A DNA stretch of 64,000 nucleotides from Lingula anatina. Lineage: Eukaryota > Animalia > Brachiopoda. Positions 14,285 through 30,000 of the stretch are shown in pieces. Each line of letters begins with the position of its first letter. Within the stretch, counting starts at the first letter, position 1. Both the position numbers and the translations under genes were made by a program. The notes beneath the pieces were generated by a model. The model made no database searches. It was not told where the DNA came from and saw only the letters and a list, made by a program, of their open reading frames with translations. The DNA lies in assembly GCA_051362555.1 (NCBI GenBank), contig CM120641.1, positions 9,672,001 through 9,736,000 of the forward strand, read 5' to 3'.

Positions 14285-17200
14285 TCTAAACCTATCTAAA
14301 CCTTCACCAATACAAATTACATCCTTCAATATAAATCACAACAAAGCAATTTCATCACTATAAATCATTATGGTCTTGACTGATGAAAGAGTATTACACT
14401 GGAGCATTGAAATGGAGGATGTAATTAATTAATTAATTAATTAACTAATCAACAGATTAATCTACCTTTAAAGTAATACTTATCTGGTTTATGTGTACAG
14501 AAGCATCTACAGTATTTATTTTCTCTGGGATCCCTAGTAACAACACATAATTTGGAAAGCTTTTTACAAGCCTCTAGGTGTTTACATAGGGGAAATCTGA
14601 TTAGCAGTACCTGGTATTTTACTGAGGCATATACCACCACATCTACAGACAGCACAGCACTGGGCAAGGAGTTCCACAGCCAATCAATGAAATCATCCCT
14701 TCAACACTAAGTTCATCTTCATCATTCTTTCTCAACCTTGCTTGACCCCTGAGGTCAGTATCATAACTCCATCCAAAGCCACAGTTATGTCAATCTTTTA
14801 ATAAGAAAATATTTCTGAGAAACACCTGTAAAAATACAGTTATCATACTCCCAGCTAGACTGGCTCTTAACTGGTTTCATCAGGAAACTGTCCTGTGAGT
14901 AAATCAGTTATAAAAAATGAAATAATCTGAACTAATTGGACAAAGCTTTGATGAATAAGCTTGGTCTTTTTGATCTAATTTAAATTTAAAGTAGTTTCCC
15001 AGTGACAAGAAGACAATGGATTTTGTCATGTGATACCTTGGTAATTTTGCACTAACAATCTAATGCTCAGTAATAGGAATTTCCTTCTGATCTCTTTTGA
15101 GATCAGCTTCATATCTGAGGCTGTCTGTCAGCAAGCAACTGTTGGTGTGCAATAAAGGAGGGGAGATTTTTTTACAGCTAACTGCAATACAAGTTTTACA
15201 GCATGGGAGCCAGTGTGGAATGTCACTTACTGCCTCATATAAATGAATCAGAGGAGAAAATCAATGGTATAGTTGCTACTTTCACTATCTTCATACCACA
15301 CATGCTTTGCAACATTCTCTTGTAAAGGCATCATCTGGACCTCTGGTTGTATTATGTGTGTGGTTTCTTAATGCCCATCTGTATATCTTTTAACCATCTA
15401 ACCATCAGCATACATGTTCTTCTCATAAACAACAAAAGAGCATTTCTGCTTAATATCAACATAATTAAAACAGCAAGTCTGCAAGCAAAAAAAACTGTTT
15501 ATAAGTAAATTCTTAATATTACATAAAAGAGTTGAAATACTTCTAAAAAAACTTACAAGCTATGGAGCTAGGTAGCAGTTGCAGAAATAAAGCACTACTT
15601 ACTATTCATTTGTGCAAACAAAATTTGAACACTGCTACATCTATGTCCAAAACCACCCGAGTAAATGTGCCCAAACAAACCAAGGATAACTGAAGTTAAT
15701 AGTCAGTCTGGAAACTCTCCATGCTATCTGCTATACTCAGCAGATGACAATGATTTGGCATTTGTTTGTAAAACCATCTCCTCCCAGTGAAAACTAACCC
15801 ATCACTCAGTAGCCTAAACACAGGTCAACTCCTGGAACACCTCTGGTCTCCCTGATGTGCACAGGGTCCATGAAAGATATAGTACAGTGTGTGCTGGATA
15901 CAGTAGCCTGGGAAATTGGCCACTGGATCTTGTAACTTGGCCTCAGGTAAGAGAGATAACATCCTCAGCTTGAAATCTGCATCTGTAATCACTCTCAACT
16001 ATTAGTACATCAAAGCCAGCTGGCAATACCAGACCTGGCTAATATGTTTAGTTTTTACTTGTAAGCTTCTAAGATGCCAAGTAAAATTGCTTTGTTCTTG
16101 TCCTACAATGCTCGACTTTTTCTATTTATAAATCACTGTTTATTTACTGGTGGACCTTCACCATAGCAGCCCATTTTAGAGCAATATCACACATTTTTAG
16201 GTATAGCAGACCTTTGTCATAAAGAACCTTTTTTACATAGAGCTATCCCCTAAGAATTCGCATTTGATGAAGCCATAACCTTGCTTGTCTTCTAAATAAA
16301 CTACACTATGCATATCTTTCCTTAACTGGGAAATTAATTGTAGCTCTCACTTCCTCGTAATTGTGAAAAGAAAACTGATACTGTCACATCTTTAAAGCTG
16401 TTAATGAATTAATATGTTTACAGATTAACTTAGGTAAGGGAAAAGCTATACTTCTCCATAGTAGAACAGCCAAAAAAAAGTATTACTCTGAAAAAATCTG
16501 TTCCAAGGAAAAGATTTATTTCTTTCACCATCCCAAAACCCATCAGCCTTGCAAAACTAGGAGCAGTAGCATACAGCCCTGTTGAAATCACTGAAGACAA
16601 TTACCTATGAATTAATCAGAAAACAGAACATATGTGTTCACATATCTTTTGATAACCTGATAATGGGACCCTCTCTCAAAGCACACCTGGTGATTTATAA
16701 GATATACAGTCTGGCTAATAGATTTACTCCCACGCGTAACACAGAAGCATTAATTACATTCACTCGACAGATTATGCTAAATTTCAACAATTCTTGTCTT
16801 ATTTAACTCCGCTAAAAAAGTACATGTAATTCAAAATAATTCAAATTACGCCTGATTTGCCAAATATTTTTGAAGTGGGTAACAAGGGGTGAGGAGTAAG
16901 GGGTAACCTGAGTGAGTCAATCTGAAGTTAAGTATTCCTAAGGTCAAATATGCGTATAAAGCCATGTTTTTTACCTCATTATATTATATTATATATATTT
17001 GTCCTTAATTATCAGATGCTGCACTACATCAAAACAATTACTCGAATGACAATTAAAGATTGTGGTTAATATTGTCAAAGCAGAAAATGCATATTCTAAA
17101 TGTGAAATGATTAGGATTCAAAGATGTTAAATAACTGTTTAACATAACAGACGCTCACCACTGCACTGGTATACATCCCATTCTTATTCAACTCATAATT

Positions 17201-20200
17201 TATCTTCTCTGCTCATTAAGATAAGTCTCCCCTAAGCATAACTCAAGCCAACTAGAACAGTTAAATTGCTAGAAAATTGGTTTTTCAACAGTTGTACACA
17301 ATATCTTCATCTTTTTCACAATCTAAATTGAGTCTCAGTTTTTATCAGATTATGAGATTATGAATATGATAGCTGCTTAAACGGGCCAAAATTACAAAGG
17401 TGCCAGCATTATAAACACTAGTTTAGCTGAAAGTGAATGTACATGTTGACAAGGGAAAAGAGATATGACAGTTAGTCAGCCAATTTTAATTGTGTAACTG
17501 GTGAAGCCACACATACCCTCCTTTTATCCATACATTAAGCCTGGCTTTAATCTTATAATTAATGAAAAGATTGATTACCTGAGCTATGCAAGTATAACCC
17601 CACATAAAATATTCAGCTTCAAAATATGCTACACAGACATGGAAAATATTTTTTCTGCACCTGGTGGCATCCATCTACCTAACAAAATATTTATTCTCTT
17701 TTTTTTTTTCAATTGTTGTAAGGTTAGATATTAGACCATGCAGACAGTAAACAAGAAGTGACTATCAAATGGTTTATCTCACTGGAGACCAAGAAACCAT
17801 TAACATTTATCCTTTTACATGAAACTTATTATAAGCAACCACCAATAAATCACTTGATAAAAAGAAACAGGGGGGCTGCATACAAGTCACTCGGTGCTTG
17901 TTCCATACAGCCACTCCCCTCCCCAACATTTGCCTTGTAGCCAAGTCTCACAATAATACTGCTTTGGCAGAATGCTCACAATGAAAAAGTCAATTAAAAG
18001 CTGAGAGCAGGTTCATACCTTCTGGCTAAAATGATTACGACCACTAACCTTCCATTACATAAATATTATGAGATGCTGTAATCTGATGTAAGTGCCACTT
18101 TTCACAACCTAACTAATTCATTTGCTGATACACTGCCAATTTTATACAAAAACAGTAATATTCCAGCACATTTTAGCCAAAAATCACTCAATTCACCAAA
18201 TTAATTCTTTACCCTCTCCATTTTAATATGAGCAAAACTATGATAAGTAAAACTGGCTTTGGGAATGAAGTTTTACTTTTTTTTTCAAAAGTGTGTAGTC
18301 CATTTAGACCACTAACTGGGACCATCACACTAATACTAATTATCCAAGCCATGATTAACTGTTCATCACAGCAGGTAAAGAAACCATACCCCACATAAAT
18401 TGGATGGATTCAAACACCTCCTTCATAGTTACACGTAAAATATACAATCCCTGCTAAATTTAGCATGAACTGTCTTCTTAATGCAGATGTTAATCAACAA
18501 GGTTCTGGTTAGTTGTAACTCACAGGAAGCTATTTGTCACTCAGTCAACATCAGGAACTGAGGTGATTTTAACATTCATTCTTGTTTGCTTAGCATTAGA
18601 GTTGGATTGATTTCAACGTCAGTAATTTTTACATATATGTAACATAACTTTTTTATGCTTAAACATTCTTTGCAAATTATTTCATTGACATGCAGTTTTT
18701 TTACTTACTAAATACATGTATTTTTCACTTGCTTAACCAGGATTGGAATCTTTTGAATTGGTAACTAAATTTTACAATAATGATTGTCAATTTACATAAT
18801 GCAGAAAATCATAGGAAAATAAGCCAGATCTGCCTTACAAAAATGAATGACTATAAGCCCATTCAATCAACCTACTGTATTCTCCAAGCCTTGTATTCTA
18901 CTTCTTCAAAGAAAAAAAAAAAGAAAAGAGAAAAGAGACATGTACTATCTTTCTGGTGGCTGGTGAACTTATGTTGACATCAATGACATGCTTAACTCAG
19001 CAGAAGAATATACCTGTGTCATTATGTATGAATTAACAGATGAAGTCTCCCTACTAATTATCTGAGACTCCCACCTGTCTTCTCCCTATCTCTCTCTTGC
19101 CTGTAGGCTATCATGTTGGGAAGTACGCAATCAGGGACAAGTAGAGCACACTTCACTATGTCCTGAATATATAGGTGAGTTACTGACCGTTACTGGCTTC
19201 TCACCCAATTAAATACTTCATTACTTCTGCGAAACAAGCTTTTTATGTAATGTAGGTAACATGTTTACATTTACATCTCCCCCCTCTTAATATAACCAGA
19301 CATGGCAAAAGAGTGACATCTTTTTCTTCCCTTTCAAGCAAACAAATTTTTTATCTACAAGCTCCCTACGAACAATTCAATTTTTCTGTTGTATAAATTT
19401 CCAGTAGTAACAGAAAGACCAGATGCTGGCTCCTAAATTATTTCCAAGTGAGGTAAATCACAATACATCTGCTCCTCTGAGATGGGACTCTGGTATATAC
19501 TATAACCATTGAGAACCCAGTATCTCTTGTGTACCTGAAGCCTAAGTTATTATCTGCCAGCTCTAATAGATCACTGTCAACATAACAAATCACACCCCAT
19601 ACAACAATCTTTCTGAAGTTTGCTCAGCCTTCAAATGTGTTCAACCAAGGGTCTGCTTACCTTCTAATCACTTCTAACGACAATATCAAGTTCCTTTGCA
19701 GCTTTTAACTAAAGATCACACTTTGGGTGTTTTTTCAAAAGCTCCCCATAAAAAGAAGGTAAAAGAATTCTTTGGAGTTAATACAACAATGCCATGACAA
19801 TGTGAAATAGGGAATCAAACACTGTCTGATCCCCTTCCTGAGGCAATCTGTGCTCAGTTTTCACTCAGTTCACCTGGAACCAGCCAGATTACACTAGAAT
19901 GCCCAATTTCAAAGCAAAATCTGGTGGTACAAGATCTCAACATAAACCCAAGATTAAAATACCACAGGCCTGGCTAACAAGCAAGTAGACGTATGGTAGA
20001 CGTGTTCTAACTTGATTCTTCCACCTGTGATTTTTGCTTTAATTCAACCATTTATAAGATGTAAATGTATGGGTTAATTTAAAATTGCAGGAATTTCCTT
20101 TTGGTAATTGGCTGCTCAGATTAAGGAACTTGTTGACAGCTATCACAGACATGCTATGACTCAATTTCTAAACAAGAAATGTGATTGTTTAAAGAACCCC

Positions 20201-23200
20201 AGGCTAAGGGCATTTGTACATGTAGACAGGTCAGACCTTTTGTATTTTTTCATGTTAATTTTTTAAACTGTAACTCAAGACCTTTAAATCAAATTTCTAT
20301 TTTCCATTAAAATTGATTTAATATACAAAATATTACTATGTTTCACCCATCAGAACCTCTCATAATTTGATCACTGGTCGCAGATGCTTGGACTCAGGTA
20401 GTGAAGGGGGAATGTCAACAGAAACCCACACACATGCCCCATAGCAGGAGCACTATATCCATATCTCAAGGGGATTATTTGCAGTCTTTCAAACCACATA
20501 TTACTCAGACCTCTTACTGATTGTTTCTACAAGCATTATAGGAAGTCTGAATCAGAGGAAATAAGGCTTACCTGAAAAATTTTTCTTAATCTTTGTTTTC
20601 TGTTTAAAATGGAAAACCTTTTTTCACCATACGTACTAGTATGTGCATATTCAGCACTGAAAAGCAGTATTACATGTATAAAGATTTCTAATCCGGGCAC
20701 CTGGGAACTTATTATAGATATTATAAACCCTAATATGTTCATGCATCCCACAACACTTGTCACCTTTGTATTAGACAGCAAACGGAGTTATTTGCAATAT
20801 ATCACTTGCAACAAGTAAAGAAAAGAAAATCAATTTCCTTCCCTCTTTCTCAAGGAGCACTATCAGATTCCACTGTAATGCTATCATTGTTTATTCTCTC
20901 TTTACACAATTTCATCTCCAGTTTTCTCCATTAACTTCAGCAAACATCATTAAAAAATTCCCAAAGCCTGATCCCATTCGATGTTAAAGGATAAAAACTT
21001 CACTTTCAGATATATTCAAGAATCTGATCAATAAACAAATTTTTCGAACAGGGAAACAAAAGTGAATGTATAAAGTGCCACTGCTAGATATTGGTTGATA
21101 ATCAATACAGCACTTGTTCCCATGCTTCCCTGGGATGTCTATTGAGCCAAGGCCATAGCTTGGTTGACATTTCCCCCTATCACTATTACTCAACTTTACA
21201 GCTTGCTGACAAACAAGGGCTGTTGATCTGCAAACAAGAGCAGACTACTATGGAATCTACCGGTTTAAGGACACTGTTACCTCACCTGGGGATAGATCTA
21301 AAATAAATATTATCTAACCAGACCAAATGATTATAATAGTTAAATAAATACATTACTGAACCAAAGAAAATTGTTCACCAAACTGATTCATGAGCAAAAA
21401 AAAAAAAAGTGTAGACTCTTTTCATAATCAGCACCTGTGAAGCTGACAGTACCAGTGTCATGCATGTTGTGAACCCGCGAACTCAATTTTCAGAAATTTG
21501 CTCACATAATAAGTGCAACACATCAATTCAAATTCACCTGCAACTTCACTGCTTTTTTCAATGTTTCCACAATTGGCTGTACAATCCAGAATGTAGTCAC
21601 CTATATTGCAGACATTCAAATTTTTTTAGGATTCTTTTTTTTTTTTATACAAATAAACTAAGAAGGCAAGTTGGCATACCAAATGTAGGAGACTGTGTAT
21701 CAAGAAATGCCAATAATATTACGAACAGAATCTTCAACATGCATACATAAACCAGAAGTACTGTTAAGAAAATTATCCTTTGTATTTTAGGTGTACTAAA
21801 CTATGCACATACTTCCTCACTAGCCTGTATGTTAAGCGATTTAAGAAGAGGGATCAATGTAGATGAGACAATCACAGTGGGCTTCAGTGTTGAGTAGTGC
21901 TTTGTAATTATTGCAATCAATTCATATATTGATCAGCGTCCTATTATGGCTGCGAAAGGCATGCACCACAGCAACTAAATGTACGACTCGGAAAGAACTC
22001 AAATCAACTTACCGTGTATTTATGAGTATGTGTGTGTGGCTATTCAGATCTTCCTTCAGTCACAGCTTGTGTGCAGAAACAATGCCCAACAATTCTGGTC
22101 ATAAATACTAAGCAGGAGCTCATGTTGGAATGGCATAGGCAAATGACTGCATATATGTACATGTGCCCAGACAGGTGTTCCCAAGTGACCTGGGTCCTTT
22201 TTATCAGTCCTTTAATCAAGAATTCAAGGACATCCCTCTATCCACCTTTCCCACGTTCTGACTTAATTGGGGCAGTGTTACATGTAAATTACTGTTGATT
22301 GGAAGGACACAGCCATCAAACAATGTTTTACTTCACCATGTACAGCTAATAGCTATATTGTGTGCTGATAATCATGGAATCTCATTAGCAACTGTTGTTT
22401 CTGGGTGACTGCTTTAATAAGAAATATGCCCCCCCTTACCACCCTTACTCTAAAAAGTCCTTCACAATCTACCTGTATGGCTTATAATGTCATGAATGTT
22501 TAATAGGTGACCATGGAAGAGTCGATATTTGGTGAAACATTGAGCAAAAAAAAAAAAAAAATAGGTGCATAGAGGTAAATAAAGGTTTACTAATAATCAT
22601 ATTCTATCTCTGTGTGCAAGAAAGCCTTGCTGAGCATTATTTTACCTAAATATATACGTATACACAAAGGGATTAAAGGGCGATGGTTTTAAATTGCCAG
22701 ACAGGGAAAGCCAGACATAATTATGTCTAACTGATTGTAAAATGAACACATGCCAGAGGGGTATTCATTAATAATCAGTTAACCATAACAATCTGGAAGT
22801 TGAGTTTAGAGGGGCTGTGCCTGGGATTTTTTAAACATAAATATGCAATTAACAAATTTTCATTGCTTCTTTATTAATTCTCTTAATTGTAGTTCCCAAC
22901 TATAACATGAAAATAAGTAATAAAATATCACAAAAATTAGCATTTTTTTCTTTGCTTTCTTCTTCACGGCTTAAGCTGAGTGAACAGCTGAATGCATTTT
23001 TCACTTTGCATTAAAATGCAATTTTTCAACAGGGGTATTTCTTTCATTATATCCAAAGAATGTAATATCCCTTTGATATATGACTAGAGGCTAACTTCAA
23101 AAAAAAATAACAAGACTGAAGAGAAATCTCTTGTACAGTCCCTTTAAGTAATCGCTCTCCTAGTGTTAAGGAAGCATCCACTTAATTTTTGAAATACCAA

Positions 23201-24399
23201 TAACAACAGGCATATCTTGAATTTAACCACGCTGATACCACAAAAATACCAAAAAGACACTTGTTATCAACCAACTCGATAAATATCTCCTTAATAAATA
23301 ATTTACATTTTTTTATTGAAGTTGTTGTTCACATTATGGTCACCCATAAATTATAAAAAATTATAGAATGATGATAGAGAGAAAAGACCTTTCTCTAGAG
23401 ACATATTTCTAATCTATTGATTGCAGTAAAAAAATGCCTATCCATCATGGCTGGAGCAGAGACAGGAGCAGTGTCATCCATTACTCTTCTGCCCTGACAT
23501 ACAGATCTTCAGCAAGGCATTCTATATATGGTGACTGAACCAAAACGTACAAATCATGCAAAATTAACTTCATATCACCTGTGATTTCTGCTTGTGTTAT
23601 TCATATTTTCTCTTTGCCAGGGAGCTCCGTTGTGCAAGCGCTAATATAGCATTTCAAATGAATCACCTGCTGTTGTGTGTTTGAACTTACTGGTATGTCT
23701 ATAATACCTACATAGCTTTTCTTTCACTATTTCCTCTCTGCCTCTCCAACCTAATATAATATCTGGCTAATGATGAATGTGTTTCAGTTTAACTCCAAAC
23801 AAAAAGTGTCAGTGAAGACAATTTTTTCCCATTTACCTCATCAATTCTCAAGCTGTCAGTCACCTCTTTTGGCTTTAACAAACATGTTTGCTGTGGATAT
23901 AACAACCCATGGATTGACAAAGAGACCTCTGTTCGCATGGAATACTTTCCCTTTCATGCAAAGAGCAGTAAAATGATTCTGTATTTTTCAAACATTTTAA
24001 GCCTGATTGTTTGCTTTGTATGTGGACAGAATGCAAGATTTGTGCTGTTTGCATCTGTGTATGACCCCACACAGTAAACCTGTCTTTCTTAGTATTGCTT
24101 TTCGTCTGATTGCAAGAGGGAAACAGTTCACGACAAAAGGCCTGGAACACACATTGACGGGGGTAGCCAAGCATTTTCACTTCCAAAATTGACCTCTTTC
24201 ACCCCATCCCCAACTATTTGTATTTCTATACATCTGGTATTAAACAGAACAAAAAGAATTTTTTCTGCAAGTACGCCAACACTGCTCTGGAATTTGCTAT
24301 TTAAACAAAATAAAAATCATCTGAAATGTAAACACACATACAACATAATATAATGGCATAAGAAAAAATTTCTAGAAAAAAAGCTAAAAAACTAAACTG

Positions 24400-25000
24400 T
24401 GTACTGAACAGCCGAAAATGAAATTGAACAAGACGACGTGTCTAATTTCTAAATTCCATCATTCCTCAACGCTCCCGACAGAAAAGCAATCAATACTTTC
24501 GTTTCACTTAGCGAGTAAAAATTCTAGGCTGATATACGCTGTAGAAATAAACAAACCGTGGAAGTCTGTTGTAGGTTTCTAGCTGATTGCCATGAAAAAA
24601 GTGTGATTATAAATTCATGGCAAAACATTCCCAACCACGCCTGAAACAACCAGAAACCCAGCCCAAGATAACACGCGTACGGTCTTTTCAAAAACGTATG
24701 CAGTGGCGGTGACATTATAATTCATACCTGCATATAAAAACACGCATCCCTATATTTACCGAAAATATACATATATGAATTAATGACATGTTCGCCCACC
24801 TTTTATCTTCCTTTGCTCACTTCACCTGGAGCCATGTACTTTAAAAACTTCTCCGGCGCTTGTCACCTCGCTTCTGCTCCCTCTGGGCGACTTTCAACCT
24901 GTCAGCCTCTCGCCACACGAGGGCAGCACAAGCAAGTGCAGATCAAAGAAAAGCTCAACGGATCTTGAAACATACTTCGCTGTGGTCCAGCCAAGAAAAG
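24400..25000 (-). promoter_or_regulatory. Candidate distal neurexin promoter / first exon region
   Basis: Abrupt transition to CpG-containing sequence. Minus-strand donor cag|gtatga at 24727. Two CTCF-like motifs at about 24874-24889 and 24913-24929. Confidence 0.3.
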
Positions 25001-25076
25001 GTGAAGACAAATTGTCCAAGCTGATAAGGCATTCATTTGAGTGCTTTCAAGAAGCGACATCAGCCACTTTGTAGCC

Positions 25077-25079
<3 letters not shown>

Positions 25080-25130
<51 letters not shown>
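25080..25130. repeat. (TA)n microsatellite
   Basis: Directly visible. Confidence 0.95.
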
Positions 25131-25134
<4 letters not shown>

Positions 25135-27026
25135 CAATAAATACAATATTTATATACAGTATATTGATTGATTGCTTTTATATAGTTTTTCATTATATTA
25201 TTTTTGTAACGTTATCACGATAAATCAATGTTAAGTTTTGTGATTGATTATAGCCTTCTTGCCTTAAATGTTCTACTGTTACCAAAGCGAAGTAAAGAAA
25301 GTAAAAAAAATGTCGGTAAATTACTTTTGGGTTTTGAATGAATAAAAAAGGTAAAAGATGTATATTCCAGTTATTCTTTTAAAAAAGAAAAATGAATGAT
25401 TAAAATCCGTTTTATATTTCGAGACAATAACTCCCTTCTATGTTCTTTAAGGTCATAGGTGTAGAACCCTGGACCCCCTCCCCCCTTTTTAATGGTTAGC
25501 ACTTAGATCTCCGATAGTGAACTCTGCTCATTTGTGCGTATTCTGCGTATTATCTGGGACAGATTCCTGCTGTTTACAGATGTTATTCTGCTGTAAATAA
25601 GACGTTAAGCAAGATTTACGCATTTTGAGTACTGTTATGTTGGCAACTCCTCGAACCCCTGTTCAATTTTGCTTCCTAAGTGCCCCATTCATTCCGTCCT
25701 GTCCATCTTCTTCATTGATCCAATATAGTTCTAGATTTAATTCGCCTACATAGTTTAATTTCATTGTGACCAAATTTTCCATCAAGATGCGACAGAAAAA
25801 GACTAAAATAAGCGATATGTGTTTAAAAAAAAGCTTAAGCGTCTTCACTGCGGATCCAGAATTTTCTCAAACTAGCGGGGGTGGGGATGGACGGAGGGTG
25901 GTAACAGGGAGGGGGGGGGGCAAAAGAATAACAGAATGACTGCCTAAAATTTACAAAAGAAAATGCTTTGTTTTGTTTCGTTACAGTTGTTATGTAAGAG
26001 AAGATAAACGTATTCGATTTTTTTTTCTATTGAGATATGTATGCTACTGGTTCACGTCAAAATATGTCCTGACGACTTAACCTTATCAATTACATTCCAA
26101 CGACCTTCGTTGATTTGCCATAAATTTGCAACGTTCCGCGGGACACTTGCTCTCGGCAAAATTTTATATATCTTGGTCTGATCAGTACGTCTACTAGGGC
26201 GTGTTCTGTGGCACTGGAATTCTATATTTCGTTGGTCACGTTACTTTCTTAAACAATGTTATCTAATATATGAAACAAAAGGTTAGTAGCTTATTATGAT
26301 TCTTTGCTTGAGTGTCTTGGGTCAAGTTAAATATATCGCCGTTTTAATAGAGTGAAGTTGTAGTTCACTGTATATCTCTCACTAATGAAGTTGTTAGCAA
26401 ATGTTGTGATTTCTCATCACGGGATTGCGTGTAGTCTAATGTTTTTCTGTGTTTCCCGCTCCTGAATCCCCTGCAGTTGTCTCCAAGGCGTTCGTGGTAT
26501 GCTCCATAATCAATAGTAAAAGGTACGATTTCCTTAATGACTGATAAGCAAGGTAAACACCAAGTAGCGTGCGCGACACGTTGGAAGAGATGCTGACGTG
26601 GAACTGGTGAAAGTCTGCAGCAACAAAGCTTCATCTGTGACAGTGTTATTATTTGCAGAAACGCCGTATTAATTTTTTCTCCGAAAAAGGAGGAACGACT
26701 ATGGATCAAATGCTGCACTAGCAGTAGGTTTTGCTGTGGAAGCGTTAATAAATTTGAGGTACGTTTGGTTTAAAAACATGATCATAGCCTTAATTAGAGT
26801 AATTTAATTTTTCAGTTATTAAAATCATAATAGGTTGATATAGACAGTGAATATGTTTTTCGTATTTTGAACTTAATAATATAAATTTCATAAGTAAGGA
26901 TTGTTCTCCAGTTGGAACGGAATTTTATTTTTCTCCGTTGAACAGAGATGGTTTCTAATTGCGATAGCTGTATAGAGACACAATGGATAAATTGTGTTTT
27001 CAGGAGTGCCTGGAGTAAAAAGGAAA

Positions 27027-30000
27027 ATGCGGCTTTTTCTACTGCTGGTGGTAATGTGCTTGTTCTTTGTGAGGTAAAGTACTCTAAAATACCATTAATT
27101 CATACTCGTAAGATCTTCACTATATTTTCACACCCTTTACTACATCATCCATATGATAAATTAGATCAAGATATAAACTCTGCCGAATGTATTTTCAATT
27201 CTCTGCCTTATCTTTAAATAATAACATCACATTCTTTAAAATTGATGGTTATATTATGTCTGGATTAGTTATTTAATCAGAAATTCCTTTCAGCGAGTCT
27301 TCATCTAGTAGCACAGGCGAGTGCATCTGTAGTACACATAGGCCTACACATTTTATTACTCAGTTTACTTACTTTTACAGCATATTTTGCCACAAGGGTA
27401 AGGTTCCCGACAGAAAACCAAGGCAAGAACATGGTCATACCGCCCAAGGCAACCCTGAACAGGAATCCTCCAAACGCAAACAAAACCATGGACAGAAGAA
27501 CTCCGATGGCAAAAATGAAAACAAAAGTACCCCAGGTGCACAAAAGGTTGAGCAGGGGAAGGTCAATAGAATAAAACATCCAGAACAACACGTGGAAAAG
27601 AAAACGAAAGCACACTCGGACAACAAAATGCCAGATTTGAGCACTAAACCCAAAGAACATCCTGGAAATAAGGAGAAGGATAATGATAAAAAGTCCGTCA
27701 GCAGAGATGTCCCTGTAGGTTCACATATAAACACAGCAGAAGATACGAAAGCCCAGCCCAAAGTCGACAAAGCAGAAAAACATAAACACAGTCACGATAC
27801 AAGGAAACAGCAAAAGCTGGAAGTCAACAGAGTGGCAGATAAAAAAGTGTTGACAAGTGCTGAGCAGACAACCTCGGACACCAATAAGGCCTCACTGAAG
27901 CATATCCCAGATTCTGTGCCAGAGGAAAAATCTAATGATAAACTGAATTCAAAAACAACACAGAATAAAAGAAAGGAAGATCGGGTATCTGGTGGGAAAA
28001 ACAAAGTCACAGAACCTGCAAAAACATCCAAAATAAAAGAGACAGAAAAAACAGATCTAGATCAACGACATAAGAATGAGATAAGAAGTACGAATGAAAA
28101 TTCAACAAAAAAGTTGCAACCAAAAGCAAACGATATGATACAAACCAACACATCCAAGACAGAGACATTTGAAAAGCAATCGATTACAAAACAACGTCAT
28201 AAGTTTGCAGGATTTACAACAAGTAAATGTAAACAAAAAGATGCAGCCAAATGCAATAGATGGGACCATTTGAGACTTGTAACCGATGAAAAATTATACT
28301 TCGGCAATGCAAGTGACACAGTGAAAGTAAGAATCACATCAGATAAAGTTGTCAATGATTCGAAAAAAGATCCAACTTTACAGTCTTCTTTACAAGCCCA
28401 TCAGCTCCAGAGGATTAATAACAATACTAAAGTTTCAAGTAAGATTGGAACTGCAAAAAACGCTCCCTTGTGTTCGTTGTGCGAAACATCTTACCCAAAC
28501 TCTCATATCACGCCAAATTGCAGTGCTTTTATGTATATGTGTGATATACTTTTATCTCGTGAGACATATTCATTCAGAGGGGAGCCAAGCCTACCAGATG
28601 TAGGAGAAAGTCATTTTTTATCAAAGAAAATGGAAGACAAAGAGGAGGAAACCGTCACAGGTGAAGATATCGCTGTAATGGAAGAAGAAGCGTCGGGCGT
28701 CAGTGAGGAAGAAAGAGAAGAGGATGCAGTGAAAGGAGACAATGTAGGTGATGAAAACGATATAAAGGATGCAATTAAAGAAGAAGACGATGAAGATGAG
28801 GAGAACGGCAAAGCAGAAAAGGAAGATGAGACCGCAGAGGGAGAAAACAAAGAGAAAATCGACGAAGAGCAAGAAAACAGCAAACAGAAAGACAAAAGGA
28901 ATAATGACGATGAAAACGAAACAGAATATGTAAGCGAAACAGAAGAAGAGGAAGCTGGGATTGAAAGAGAACAGCAAAATGGCGATGACGGCAAGGAAAC
29001 CAGAGACGATTCAAGTTCAAGTGAGGATGCAGTCGTTAAGGAAATAAATGAAAGCCAAGACAGTATGGATGAGGATGAAGGGTCGTCTAAGCAAACAGAG
29101 GAAACAAAAACAACTGATATTAATGAGGACAGTAATGTAAGCGAAGAAGAGACAAATGAAAAACATTTAAATACACAAAGGAGCTATGAAAACATCGTTG
29201 ATAATTCTGAAGATGAATTATCTGAAACCGACTCTGAAAAATTAACCGAGGATCAGAACGGAAAGGAATCCGCCCCCGAACATTTCTCTGAAGATTTTGA
29301 AAATTCAGAAGATGATTCTGAAACGAATGATCCTGAATTAGATAAAAAATATTCCTCGCCTTCCAGCACATTAAAATCAGATGCAACACTCGAAAAATTA
29401 AAAGACATGAACGCGCAAATATTGCGCCTTGAAAACCAATTTCTAGGAAAAGCATTAGAAGAAGAGAATATGCAAGTTGAAAAAACTAAATTGGAAAATC
29501 AAATATTAAAACTAGAAAACACTTTACTACTGCTAAATCAAAGTTTTAACACATTGCGAGCAGATAGCGAAACCATGAAAAGTCAAATTAAAAACCAAGA
29601 AATGTCACAAACCGAACAAGTATCAAAAGAATTAGCTGTCAAGGACAACGCATTGTCAGTTAATGTTCAATTACAAATTATTGATTTAAACAGGATAATT
29701 AGAAAACAATCATGGGTACTTGAAAGACTAAAGAGAAAATGGCGCAAGCAAGAAAGCCAAGATATCAAGCTCCAAAACTTGCAGTTCCAGCAGAGGAGAA
29801 TGTTGCATAATTTGATGCAGAGAATGGATGCGCTAGAAGCATCTCGCAAAGATGAAAGTAAAACTGTTAGTGAAGAAAACAGGCCTGTGCGATATAGCAG
29901 CACCAGTCCCAGAGGTTAGTGGCAATACCTATGTTACTTTCTATCTTAAGTCATTTTGTATCATTTTAGTATCGAAGTTTTAATTGGTTTTGTTCATGTT

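Noticed and set aside
2200-24300. Many 60-130 aa ORFs in neurexin introns
   Set aside because: No recognisable domains or consistent splice structure. Expected by chance.
26948-27217. 89-aa ORF as the FReD start
   Set aside because: The overlapping frame from ATG 27027 gives a signal peptide and the correct splice phase.
27301-29903. Multiple minus-strand Ser/Phe/Leu-rich ORFs
   Set aside because: Antisense shadows of the purine-rich FReD exon.
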